A DNA stretch of 62,734 nucleotides, the filler included, from Choristocarpus tenellus KU-1152 (Eukaryota > Protista > Phaeophyceae), in assembly GCA_964200185.2 (NCBI GenBank). It is 13 parts of 13 records of this genome, joined end to end, with 100 filler letters (N's around TTAATTAATTAA, not from the genome) between each part and the next. Parts side by side here need not be neighbours in the genome. Positions count along the whole stretch, not along the records: positions 45,243 to 51,647 come from CAXNAD020008203.1; positions 51,748 to 59,062 come from CAXNAD020006346.1; positions 59,163 to 62,734 come from CAXNAD020019186.1; 10 more parts are not named here. The stretch is one strand, 5' to 3'. Of this stretch, positions 51,272 through 62,734 are shown one piece after another. How positions within the stretch are numbered: position 1 is the first letter of the stretch; every line of letters starts with the position of its first letter. The notes beneath the pieces are model-generated. The model was not told the origin of the DNA. It was given only the letters and a program-made list of their open reading frames with translations, and searched no databases. A program made the translations under genes and the position numbers.

Positions 51272-51530
51272 CAGCCAAAGTTTCTTGGAGGGTAGAGCCG
51301 CGTCCATTTGAGGTCCAAAATCCAATGTTGCAATTTGGATGTAATTTTGGCTATTATGTTTGTTAGAAGATATCAATATCCTTGTTCCAGACACACTTTT
51401 TCATAACATAAACATTTTACCTACTCTGAAACATTTTGGAGTAGGTAAAATGTTGGAAAAAACTGGTGGGAGACCAAGCCCCAAATGGACTAACATGGAA
51501 AAACTCATACCCTCTAAATTACTTTCACTC
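51272..51530. mobile_element. MITE family A copy
   Basis: cagccaaagtttcttggagggta ... taccctctaaattactttcactc. Flanks are GAAA and AAAA (one mismatch). Confidence 0.88.
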
Positions 51531-51551
51531 AAAATAAAGCATCCTTGAACA

Positions 51552-51647
51552 GGGTCAAAGTATCTGGGGGGGGGGGGTGGCGGCTGTCCATTTGGGGTCA
51601 ATTTTTTCATGTAGCGTTTTTTGTGCGGTTTGGTTGCACACGTGGGA
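51552..51647 (+). mobile_element. MITE with a family-B terminus and variant interior, truncated by contig end
   Basis: gggtcaaagtatctgggg followed by gtccatttggggtcaa, which resembles the family A subterminal sequence. Confidence 0.7.
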
Positions 51648-54600
51648 NNNNNNNNNNNNNNNNNNNNNNNNNNNNNNNNNNNNNNNNNNNNTTAATTAAT
51701 TAANNNNNNNNNNNNNNNNNNNNNNNNNNNNNNNNNNNNNNNNNNNNCATACCTTGATGCACCGATGCCTCCATGTCTTTATTTCTCGACATCTTGATGT
51801 ATGGTGCCTATCTATGCATGCGTGTGCGTATAAACATATACATATGTGCAAAGATATAGGCAAAGATACAGGAACCCAATGAACACACTCTCCAAGAAGT
51901 AACTCCTTCCATACACCCTCCAACAAGGCCATCGCCAGACCTTACCCTTGTCAGAGTCCATACACATCCAAACATAAGTCTTACTACTTCATATACAACA
52001 GCATCCATCACCACTGTGAAGGGGGGATGTTCTTGACCCTCTCCCACAGTGCCAAGATTGGTGCCTATTGATGGATTTGAACAATTTGAAATTACAGAGT
52101 CCTCCAAGTCTTTTAGACATCAACAACACAAGTCAATGGTGCAACACAATTAACTCAACATTTCAGAACAGTTTTTTACCCCCTCTGGGAGGGTGGTCTA
52201 CTACTACTACCTTAACCAACACTATAGTTTGAGACCGGGCTTGTTGGAACACTGCCAGTTGTGACATGTGTATCATCAAAATACATTACATCTACCTCAA
52301 TACACAAGCCACACACTCATAAACCTAGTTTTAACCCTAATCCTAACCCTAGTTGACTATTCTACCACAAGAGAGGTAATAAATACAATCTAACACATAA
52401 TTGCTCTAGAGAACATATTTATCACAAGATCACAACTGAGCAACGTTACATTTTTATTGTAACAAAGTTCACAATATCCTGATTTTGCAATTAAAAAAAT
52501 TTATTGCGTAAAACATACCATGTCCAGAGCAAAAACTACTCATGTTTCCCACACCATTAGACTGGCCTGTAAAATCATGACAAGCCTTACTTTTAGCTGT
52601 CCAGAATTCGGTACATCAAAACATGATATGTATCATAACATTATGTGTATAGTGAATGTTACAACAAAGGACAATATAATATGTATCAAAACATGATACG
52701 TGTATAGTGAATGTTGTAAAAAGGACATTAACCGGTAAAGAACACTGCATTAAAACCAACTAAATACATCACAAGGGTGTGTGACAGTGTGTGACAGTCA
52801 AAACACTTTCTAGCAAAGACCACTACAAGCAGACGCCATGCCATGTGCCTTTCAAGACCCACCCAATGATGAGAGTAGGAAACAGTTTGGTTAGTGTTGC
52901 AGTCTCAACACATCAGTTACTACCAAGACTGCCACCACCTCCTTCCATGGTCATGAGTTGTAAGGGGTGGAGAGCTCATTGATCACAATGAGAGACAAAG
53001 CCTTGTGTGTGGCCAATAGACAGGAAAATCTACCGGTCTTGTAACATAACTAAAGATAGTATGCCACCAACTCTGCTGACATGCCAGTAACTGTAGTGGG
53101 CTTGGCTACGAGGGGCATAAAGGTGGAGGAGCCAACCAGCCACATTGGAATTACCGTATGTCCTACAGGATGAGAAATGCACACAACAATACCTTCTTTA
53201 CAAATTCAATGTAGAGTCAATTCTAGTCAATTCAAACGTTCAGGTTACCCTTCATGATAAAACAAGTAGGAACTGTGCTCCTGTAAGAGCTATAGAAACA
53301 ACATGACTAACTAACCAGAATTTTTTTTTGCCGACTTGTATCAGTAGAATATACCATTTTTAAAAGTAACATCTTTACTGCTTCCTCAGTCATCATCTCA
53401 AGATCAGGACACTCAATTCTCCACATTGACTCTACCTGGGGTGTACTCCCCCATCTCAGCAACATGGCGATGCAACATCTGAACTTCAACAACAATTCAG
53501 CACTCCACGGTTGATCCCTTGGTCAAAAGTCGAGAATTTGGTCAAGTTGAAGGATGATACACTGATTAACTGAATCCTTTCTACTGGTGCCAAATTCTAC
53601 CCTTGATAGGCTTGTAGTATTGTTTTATATTAATAAGATGAACTGACAAGATCGTTAAGAAATGGAGTAAGATATGCCACCGCTTTCCGTTAATATATGA
53701 AAACCTCTGTGTATGGATACAGATAATTTGTTCCCAGTACAACGAAAAACCAAAATAGGAATGTTTAAATAAAACCAACCTTACCTGGATTCTAGATCTC
53801 CACAAGGTCACACAAACAAAATGCTAATACAAAACCAAGGCTTGATCAATCACAAAATAATACCAATCGTTCTAAACAGACTGTGATTCTTGTATCGGTG
53901 TGCTCAAAAATAGTACATAAAATAGAATAAACTCCATCCTCTATCTATTTGCAGCTGTCTCTACTGTCAACAAAGTAATAGCATTGTTAAAACAGACTGA
54001 AAACAGCTACATTGGTTCAGGAAAAGCAACTACAACTACAACTACAAATACTGCATCATACATGATACATGGCAACATGTTGGTAACTCCGCCGTATGAC
54101 TTTTGACTATTGTCTGAGATCCTTTACACCAGTTTGAATAAAATAATAATTGAAAGAACAAGAGTAAGAATAATTTTGAAAAAGTAACAGCTAACTTAAT
54201 GTTGGAACAAGCCATAGATCTACTCCCAACCTCACAAAACAGAACAAGAAACACTACCTTGGCCGCCAGCATGATATCTACGGACACACCCTTATTGGCT
54301 GTTGGTTGTTGTATTATGTTTATGTAAGGCATGACTATTGTAAAAATATATATGTACGTTGTTTATGTTTGAAGACTACAACCGCCTTGTGATACATGCC
54401 TCTTTAACACTACTGTGAAGGGCACTTTCAGCTAAAAATGATTAGCTAACAATGACTAACACGTATTCGCAGCTAGTCTTCACCTCAAAAAACACACCCG
54501 CTCAAAGAAGGCTAACTGACAGTTCAGGCATGGGCACGGTTGAATGGTACACAAAGAAAGCCTTGAAACTCAAAAGGGCCCAAAATCGACCTCCTTACTA

Positions 54601-54708
54601 TATGATTTTCCTCTTATCCCTTACTACAGTTCCAAGTATATACACACGAACGTAAACTTGGTACCTACTATCAATAGTACCAATAATTAATTGAATCAAC
54701 AATCTCAC

Positions 54709-57700
54709 CTGGGCAGCTTCAAGGATGCTGGCACAGAGCAACTGTTGCTTCACGTAGTCATTGTCAAACAACACAGGATCATTGGCCATATTTGGCCGGA
54801 TGCAGAGAATGTACTGGACCTGCATAGAAACAAAAAACAAATATGTCAAAACATAGATTGGACTCACTTCCCTCACTTCCTTCACTTCCACTTGCAATGG
54901 AGGGAGATGAACACTCATGAAAACAACATACAACAAACATTACTCCATCTTGCCTCTGTGGCATGAATTCTCTCCACCAGCTCTGCAAGCTCCCCCTTGA
55001 ATCGCAGCCCCATCGTCTCCCGCTTGACTTCTTTTCCCCCTTCCATAACAGAACTTGTACGCTTCCCCTTCCGCCTGTACATCATAAATAAAAAAATAAA
55101 TAAAAATAAAAATGACACAATACACATTACATTACAATATAACAAACTCAATTTAGCATTAATGGGGGATAATACAACGGAACACCCTTAAAAGCTTTCA
55201 AACATAAAATTCCTCTTTCAGCCTTTGCCTGTTGTCCTTGCAAAGGGGTGTGTACCTCGTATAGAACCTGTAGTGTACCTTCTACAGACAGTTTGAAAAA
55301 TTTTGTAAAATAGGCCATCTCCACCATCACCCAATGCACCCAGTTACACAATCTGTGAGATACTTGAATATATTTGCAAAAAATACTTCTGCCTGTGCCA
55401 TTAGGTAGTGATAAAGGTGTTTACCCACAAAGTGTCATGTGAACCATGAAACATGAGTATCACTGCAATCTTTCCAATGTTAATCTTAGAGTGTCCATCA
55501 ATGTAAGATCAATTCTACACCACTGTTGTGTAGAAAACAATCGTTCCTGTAGCAGAAAACATGTCCAAAACACGAGAGATCCCTCTCCCTCCTTCAATAA
55601 CCTTCAATAAGGACAAGCATCACAACAAATAAATGCTGTAAACCTCTTGAGCACTCACACATGGGAGCCATTGGCACCAGTCTCTTTCAACTTGAACATA
55701 GCCAAGCGAGACTGGAAGTCACTTGATGCTGGCCTTGCAGTTTCTGAACCTGTATTTGCCCCACTCCCCCCATCAGTGGCATAGGCATATACCCTGGAAT
55801 TGAAGAAAAGACAATTAAATGATTTAGATGTCACTAAAAAGTAGTACCATCAACTGTAAGATACCCTTACACCCTTACACCCAGAGGAATGAGTGCTTCT
55901 ATTACAATCAAGCATATTCCACAAACTATTGACACTCAACAACGTTTTTTGTTCCTTTCCCACATAATATGCTGCCCCCTCCCCTCCCCTCCCCTCCCCC
56001 TCCAGATAAAATAACACACTGATGGGCCAGAGAGACCTCCAGCAACTCATACCAAAAACAGATGGACAAAATAGTGCTTACATCTTCACCATGTTGTTTG
56101 TGCTTGCCCCAAGTAGTTGTGATACACTTGTGTGAAGCTTGTCCCTGTTTCGTTCTACAAATCCAATACCATCATAGCTCACTGCATTGTTGTAGTGGAA
56201 CACCTTGAACTGCTTGGTAAGCGGATTAGCTTCCAGGTGTCCCTGGTGAATTTTCTGTGAGAAAGTGTAAGGGCGTAGGAGGGGATGCTCAGGGTTAACT
56301 TCTCTCATCCACACCTAACAGACAAGTATGTTCTACACACTATAACCCTAACCCTAACCTTATATATATATATCATGTACCTGAGTTTGTCGCTGCAGTA
56401 GGCTAACAAATCCTCCATCTGTTCCATGAGGCAGTTTACACTCCTCATCAAGCATTGAAAGAACACCCCTGGTCACAAATTAACAGAGTAGGTTAGAGTA
56501 CTAAGCTGAGCTGAAAAGAGCAAGGTCTGACAGTTTCAATTTTGTTTTATGTGATGACTTCTATCGATGTCACAATCAAACAATTAAAAAAACAATTGAT
56601 TCACACCCAAAAAATAACAGAATCAAGCAGGTAGTACAGTATAGTATCACACCAAGCATAGTGAATACCAACAGCATTGGTAGGATCACTGTAATCACAT
56701 GTACTGTAATCACATGTACTGTAATCACGTGTACTGTAATCACATGTACTGTAATCACGTGTACTCAAGACTATTTTCGCATAGACAACCTGTAGTCCAA
56801 AATGGTGTGTTGCCACATTGCTTCACTGGGTGGCAGAGCGTATGCTACATGTATCTCATATCTCATATCAACAACATTCAATATTTGGACCTAACAAATA
56901 ATTTCATAGATTCAAACATTCACATCTAAGGGCTATTCTCCTTCAAAATAAACTAAATCGCCTAGGACTAGAGTACTATAATATTAGAACTGCACAAAGA
57001 ACTTACAATGAAATCTCTTCCCTGTGGTCATGGTACTGGTACTGGCTAACAAATCTGTATATAAACAGTAATGTACACATACACATACACATAAATCACA
57101 CTGAACCATCCACAACATGTAACATGAAACATACAACATACACCCATAATCCATTCATTCCTACTTACTTTTCACCTCATCTCTTACAGAGGTTCCCCCC
57201 CTACTTTGTGCTCTAGAGCTAACCCAATTCTAACCCTGTTTAGGCTCTGTATAGCACTCATTCATAGCACTCATAAACAAAACAAGAAATATTGAACCTA
57301 GGTTCCTTAGTCCACACAAATATATACATATGATTATATTTGATAGTTATGTTACTTGCGTTCGTACCAACTCTTCTCACCCATATCCATCCAAGGTATC
57401 CAAAATGTTGGTGTTGTCCCTGTATGGGATCTTATCATACGCTATGCCTTCACTAGAGCACATGTTCTCCACTGATTTGAATACATCCTGAAGTCAAAGG
57501 CGGGGACATTGCATTAGTCAGCTTCAAGTTGGTAGGAAAAGGGTACGCATTAATATACACACTAATATACCCACCATTTATCAAGGATAACCTACTCACA
57601 AAATGATTAAAGTCTCCAATTCGCTCTTTCGAAACAAAACAATCCTAAACCCTAACCCTAACCCTAACTCCTAAACCCTGAACAAGGTCTCAATGTAACA

Positions 57701-58936
57701 ATAAAAACTGTTGGAAAATGCTCATTTGAACCATGCAAAATTTGAAGTATCGATAAGTGTACTGTAACATTGTTTTTGTTGAATTGGGATGTCTGTATGA
57801 TATTTTCAAAATACAAAATAATAATACGAACACTACATTGAACATCTCCAATAACTAAAACCCAAAGTGAAGGTAAAATAGCATAATGCAGCATTACTCA
57901 TCCCAAAACTAAGCATACACGCCAAGATCAAACAACAGCAACGCCTGCTTCAGTTCACTACTACACCCCAAGCCTCAAAGAGGCAGAAGATATCAAAGCT
58001 GTATAAAAGCTATCAAAGCTGTATTAAAGATATCAAACCTGTATAAACATCTGCTGAAGTTTCTCGCTTGCATAGTTGATTAGTAGCTGTTCATAGCTGT
58101 TCCGCTTGAACGACTCAAATCCAAAAATATCAATGAGAGAGATGGTCCCTGACTTCTCATTCTCAGAGCAACTGAAACACCGAGCAAACCAGGAGCAATG
58201 AAGAAAAAATAAATAAAAAAGGTTCAAATCAAGCAAACCAACCTAAGTATGTTGAGTCTAATGCTGACACTAAATTAACCTACACAATTAATCAAAGCCT
58301 TTGTTGTTTTCTCATTATAAATTAGGGAATCGAGCAAGTGAAATCACTGGCCAATCACTGACCAGCATGCACAAAGCCATCAAAAAGCTCAAATCATGAC
58401 CTCTTCAACACTACAACCAGAAACAATCAATCGAGCTGCCGATGATAACGATAATCTTTCAACAGTTGACAACAAGAGTTGGGCATATCTGGTGCAACCA
58501 CAAACACTTCCACTAATATTCACAATACAATACAATACAATACAATACAACACAATACAACCCAACCAACCACTGATCAAAGAGAGCAATTCCTCCCACT
58601 AACTATCAACTAAAGCAACGAACCCGGAGAGCGGCATGACATTGCAATTGAGATGAGACCTCACCTTGTTGCCTCATTGATTTTCTTCAGCAGGTAGTTG
58701 AAGATGCCCAAATAGACATCTTTTGCCAAGGCATCACGTGCTGTCTGCGCCTCTCCTACCTTATTAGGCTTCAAAAATTTCTCACGGGCTACCTGCAATG
58801 GACGTGTCAGGAGAGCACCTGACAAATCGTCAGCAGTCAAACCCAAAAGATCCGCTGAAATCTCCAACGAATCAATCGAATCTCCTTGCACCTTGCTTGC
58901 ATCATCAACACGCCCTGCATCCGATTGGAACTCCAC
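54709..58936 (-). CDS. Myosin heavy chain, motor domain fragment (exons 58936-58665, 58171-58039, 57487-57381, 56468-56381, 56314-56082, about 55790-55660, 55075-54954, 54819-54709)
   Basis: [10 protein letters not shown]; switch [30 protein letters not shown]; [13 protein letters not shown]; [18 protein letters not shown]; [16 protein letters not shown] / [10 protein letters not shown]. Confidence 0.93.
56690..56765. repeat. 15-bp tandem repeat, 5 copies, in a myosin intron
   Basis: tgtaatcac(a/g)tgtac repeated. Confidence 0.9.
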
Positions 58937-59015
58937 CTGCGTCACCAACAACATGAACAGCCCAAGAGGTGAAGGACCTCAATATTCGTACAAGAGATTC
59001 CTATTTCTGGCTACA

Positions 59016-59062
59016 GGGTCAACGTATCTGGGGGTGTCGGCGTCCGTTTTTCACCCTTTTTT
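59016..59062. mobile_element. MITE family B terminus at contig end
   Basis: gggtcaacgtatctgggggtgtcggcgtccgtttttcaccc is the reverse complement of the family B right end. Confidence 0.8.
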
Positions 59063-60105
59063 NNNNNNNNNNNNNNNNNNNNNNNNNNNNNNNNNNNNNN
59101 NNNNNNTTAATTAATTAANNNNNNNNNNNNNNNNNNNNNNNNNNNNNNNNNNNNNNNNNNNNGATCTGGTGAGTATTGAGGGGCGCCTGTAACAGATACA
59201 CAATTTTAACCGTTCAGACCTTAACCACATATTTAGCACAGGCTGGTCCGCAAGCAGGTCTGAATACATTCCCTGATTGTCCTGGACTGATCCTAGAAAA
59301 AAATTATTCACCTGGATTGGTCCCGCCCAGTCCCGTCACATACTGCCGGTCATTGTACAGCCTTGATCTGCTGTCTTTTTGGGGTCAAAAACACTTTTTT
59401 CACTTAACATATGTTGATTTGTCACCATTGGTAACAACGCCTCTAAAAACACACCCAAGAGACTTTTAATGAGCGTAACAATCTGTCACTTTTTAAAAAT
59501 TCTATGTACTTTAGAATACCAAAAAAATGAGCATCAGACACTAGTTGATGTACCACTAATTTTGTGCTCTGAATGTTGTTCGAAGTGTTTTTATTATAAT
59601 TATTGTTTCGACTTCCCTCTATTCTGGGGAAAATCTCACCCATCTTCAGAGGTACTATATACTCTACAACTTCTCATGCTAATTTCAGCAGTGTATTGTA
59701 GGAACTGTTGGACTAAAACTATAATTATATTGGATCCAATCCAATTTATCGCATATTGGGTTCAGCCATCCCACCGTCCATTGTTTCTCTTCCTCCCTCT
59801 CGAATTTTCATGGCGCACAAAAGTTGGGCGTCCAGAGACCGCACCCAAAAAGGTTCATTCTTTTTCTCCTTAGTTTCACAGTTATTATTTTGGAATTAAT
59901 CCGCAGGTACTTTGAGATATAATTATCACAATTGAACTAATATCACAACAACAACAAAAAATTGTCAAATCATTGTAGAAACAGTCTTACCAAGAATGAG
60001 CAGAACTACACAAATCCACAACAGACGGGAAGGTCTGTGTGTGACGGGTATAGACTGATTTGGAGGGATCCGTAAATGAGGAATATATGTGACAATGCAA
60101 CTTAC

Positions 60106-62279
60106 ATGGTGCAATATGTTCAGCATATTGGACAGTGGTTCCCCATATTAGTGCAAAGGTTAGACCGTGCAGTGGCGTAATGGGAAGGACCGTCCAAGGG
60201 TCACGCCATTGCGAGTAGTAGGTGAAGCGTATCAATAAGGCCACTTCAGTCAGTGCTATTGTCCACCTATAACCAACTCTTCTCGTCGCAGGGACGCAGA
60301 AAAATCACCAGATCATTAAGTGAAGTGCACATGTCAACACATAGGGATGAAGTCAGTTGTATGTAAGAAGATAGGTAAGCGGTTCTCCATCGCGGTAGGA
60401 GTTTGGGTTTCTCAAACAGGTGAACAACGACAGAATAAAAACAACTGAACAAGTTTCTATCCAAGGTAGAGACACAAGTCATCCTAAGGTGCATGCAAAT
60501 AGAACTAATGAGACATTTTTGTCTTCTTATTGATGTACTTGTGTGACAAACAGCAACCATTGTGTAAATGGGACTGCCTACATGTCACATCAAGTTGATA
60601 GGAAGCGTTTGCCCGGTAATATCCCCGGTAATGCCCCTCACTCTTGGCATTTTCGATCAAATTTTGTGTAGCAAACAAACCCTCCGTTTGACCAAGAACA
60701 TTAGATAAGTAGTACAGGATAAAAAATAATAGAAACGATCAAAGACTATTTGCCCAGCAGAGGACACCAAATAGAGAAATGGCAGAGTGAGCAGAATGAT
60801 ATGGCTGTGAGGAAAAATGATTGTGGTTGTATTATTCTTATGATCTTGATCGTGATGTACATCATACTGTCATATCCCCCTGATTTTTTTCCGCTGGAAA
60901 ACCATGTTGTCGGAAAACAATGGAAACCCAAGCCATTTTGTGTACCATGTTGCCTAGCAAGCACAAATTGTAATAGAGTCAATCTCGGTGTAGGGAGTTC
61001 CACGTATCATTTTTTTCTCGTTCCCATCAATTGAATGTTGACGGTGAGTATCATTGTCTTTTAGTACTCCTGCACTCCTAAGGAGATTTCTGCAACCACA
61101 CTGAAAGTTCCCCTGCAAGCAACAAAGTAAAATAGTTGATGCTGTGAGGAAAACGATGCCAGAGGCAAACAATATTGATTACTAGAAACAACCAATGCCG
61201 TACTGTATAATCCCCAAATGCTGTCAAGTGTGCAAATAACAAATATGTACTTATCAAACCTCAGCATTTGCTATTGCAGAACTACACCTGCATACCAAAC
61301 ATTTGTGAAGAGTGTGAAGATGCTGCCATCACCATCATCAAACACCTACTACATATGCCACATACTATTTCGAACATGCATCAGCCTGTCTTTCACATAT
61401 TCGCTCCTAGCTTTTCATCTCACCTTTCTATTAATACCCTAGAGAAGTAGAAGCATGGAGCCTCGGCCACGAACATCACCGCCTTTGCAATTCCCATCGT
61501 CAATCTGGACCCTCCAAGCTCTGCAATCCTACAAGGTTTCCAGAGGACAGAAAAGGTGTATTGAGATTGTAACAAGCTTTACACTCTAGCTTGTGTTGGT
61601 TATCTTCTTCCCATGGGTGGATGAATCATCACGTTGTCATGCAATGCTGAAAATATCGCTTTTCAACACTTAGATCATGCACTATATACATCTTGCAGTA
61701 ATCCCCAGCCTTTGGTTGACAAGTAAAATTGGACCTCAAGTAGTGAAGGGGCGAAGGGGTCAATAGCAATGAAACAAATGGACATGGAGGGTGTACTTGC
61801 TTCTCCTTTGGGGTCAAACCAAGATTGATAGGTATGGTAGGCAACATGAATTAAGAAACATATTTACATAATAAGGAGAGTATACCCTCTATATCGTTAT
61901 ATCAAGCCAAGAGATGCAATCGTCTGAAACCACCCCTGCCCCTTCATTCTTGGCATTCAGGTGGGAGAAGTCAGCACAACTGCAGATTGCTGGTCCAGTC
62001 ATGCGGCAAGTCAGCAGCGTTCATACACATACTACTCAGCACCTGATAAAGAGGAAATTATCAATGATGGCTTTTCCTACCCCACACAGAAAGGTTGAAG
62101 CATAGAAGGATGCAATTTGTGGAGAACCCAGCAGGATTCGAACTGCTGACAGGACACTGGTGTCCCTAGGCACTGCAGGGTCATTCTCCTCCACCTCTGT
62201 TGCCACAAAATCAACTGGCGTGGGAGGCAAAGATGTCGGGGTGGAGGATGAAGTACCGAAGCGTGTTCCCACAGCATTC
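60106..62279 (-). CDS. MFS transporter (MFSD6 / MFS_1-like) fragment; exons 62279-62043, 61528-61438, about 60266-60106
   Basis: FLCGVGKAIIDNFLFIR / IAELGGSRLTMGIAKAVMFVAEAPCFYFS / LLIRFTYYSQWRDPWTVLPITPLHGLTFALIW. Confidence 0.85.
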
Positions 62280-62734
62280 CTGGTAGAGGGGCAAACGACA
62301 AAATTGGATTGGGCCCATGGTCATATATCAAAGTTGCATTGGAATTGTATGTATGCACCATTGATGGAGCAGAAGTACTAAATAGTAATTTGACACTTGG
62401 TGATAAAAATATGAACGAAGTATACCATTCACTATCCTCTCCAAAATATGAGGGTATGTACCTTTGTGAAGAGCTGGTCTTGTTACGTGTGTGGGGATAT
62501 AGTTTGTTGCCCAAGCAGCAGCAAAATGCACAAGTTTATTGCACAGGTAACAACCTACAGTCAAAAACTGAAAATAACAACAACAAAATAACATATTCCG
62601 TTCAATCCAAGGAGGGCAAAGATGACTCAAAAATTCCTTCTGCACCTAATCAAACATCACACACCTATGATCATCCTCAGTGTCTGGCTGCTCAAGGTAG
62701 TACATGTGTTAAAGTATCCCCAAAATCATCAAAG

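Noticed and set aside
56576-56929. VHVIT / DYSTC / YCNHM repeat peptides
   Set aside because: Translations of a 15-bp intronic minisatellite.
3904-59162. Regularly recurring TTAATTAATTAA palindrome between N runs, superficially array-like
   Set aside because: It is an artificial concatenation linker of fixed 100-bp length, not biology. Neighbourhood arguments across it are invalid.

Overview
This window is not one locus. It is 13 short eukaryotic contigs joined by artificial 100-bp linkers (N-run + TTAATTAATTAA + N-run), so adjacency across linkers carries no meaning. The intron-rich genes and several lineage-typical motifs point to a stramenopile, most likely a brown alga (inference). Host gene fragments read by manual splicing: the C-terminus of a 60S acidic ribosomal P protein, NDUFV2 (complex I 24-kDa subunit), a multi-TM adhesin/POMP-like protein, a BIRC6/UBE2Z-like E2 enzyme, a divergent myosin motor, an MFSD6-like transporter, tRNA-Glu(TTC) and a few hypothetical genes. 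Transposon content is high: a decayed chromodomain Ty3/Gypsy element, a Copia element nested in another LTR, a LINE RT remnant, a probable DIRS-type tyrosine-recombinase remnant and a pogo-like deletion derivative. The most notable structure is a Sola-like DNA transposon system invisible in the ORF track. It comprises an intron-split DDD transposase pseudogene (39.5-45.0 kb) and two related MITE families (13 full or partial copies) with GAG/GGG termini, a shared AAAGTATCT core and readable 4-bp target-site duplications. I see no CRISPR array or prokaryotic system. All family assignments come from motif recognition, not database searches.
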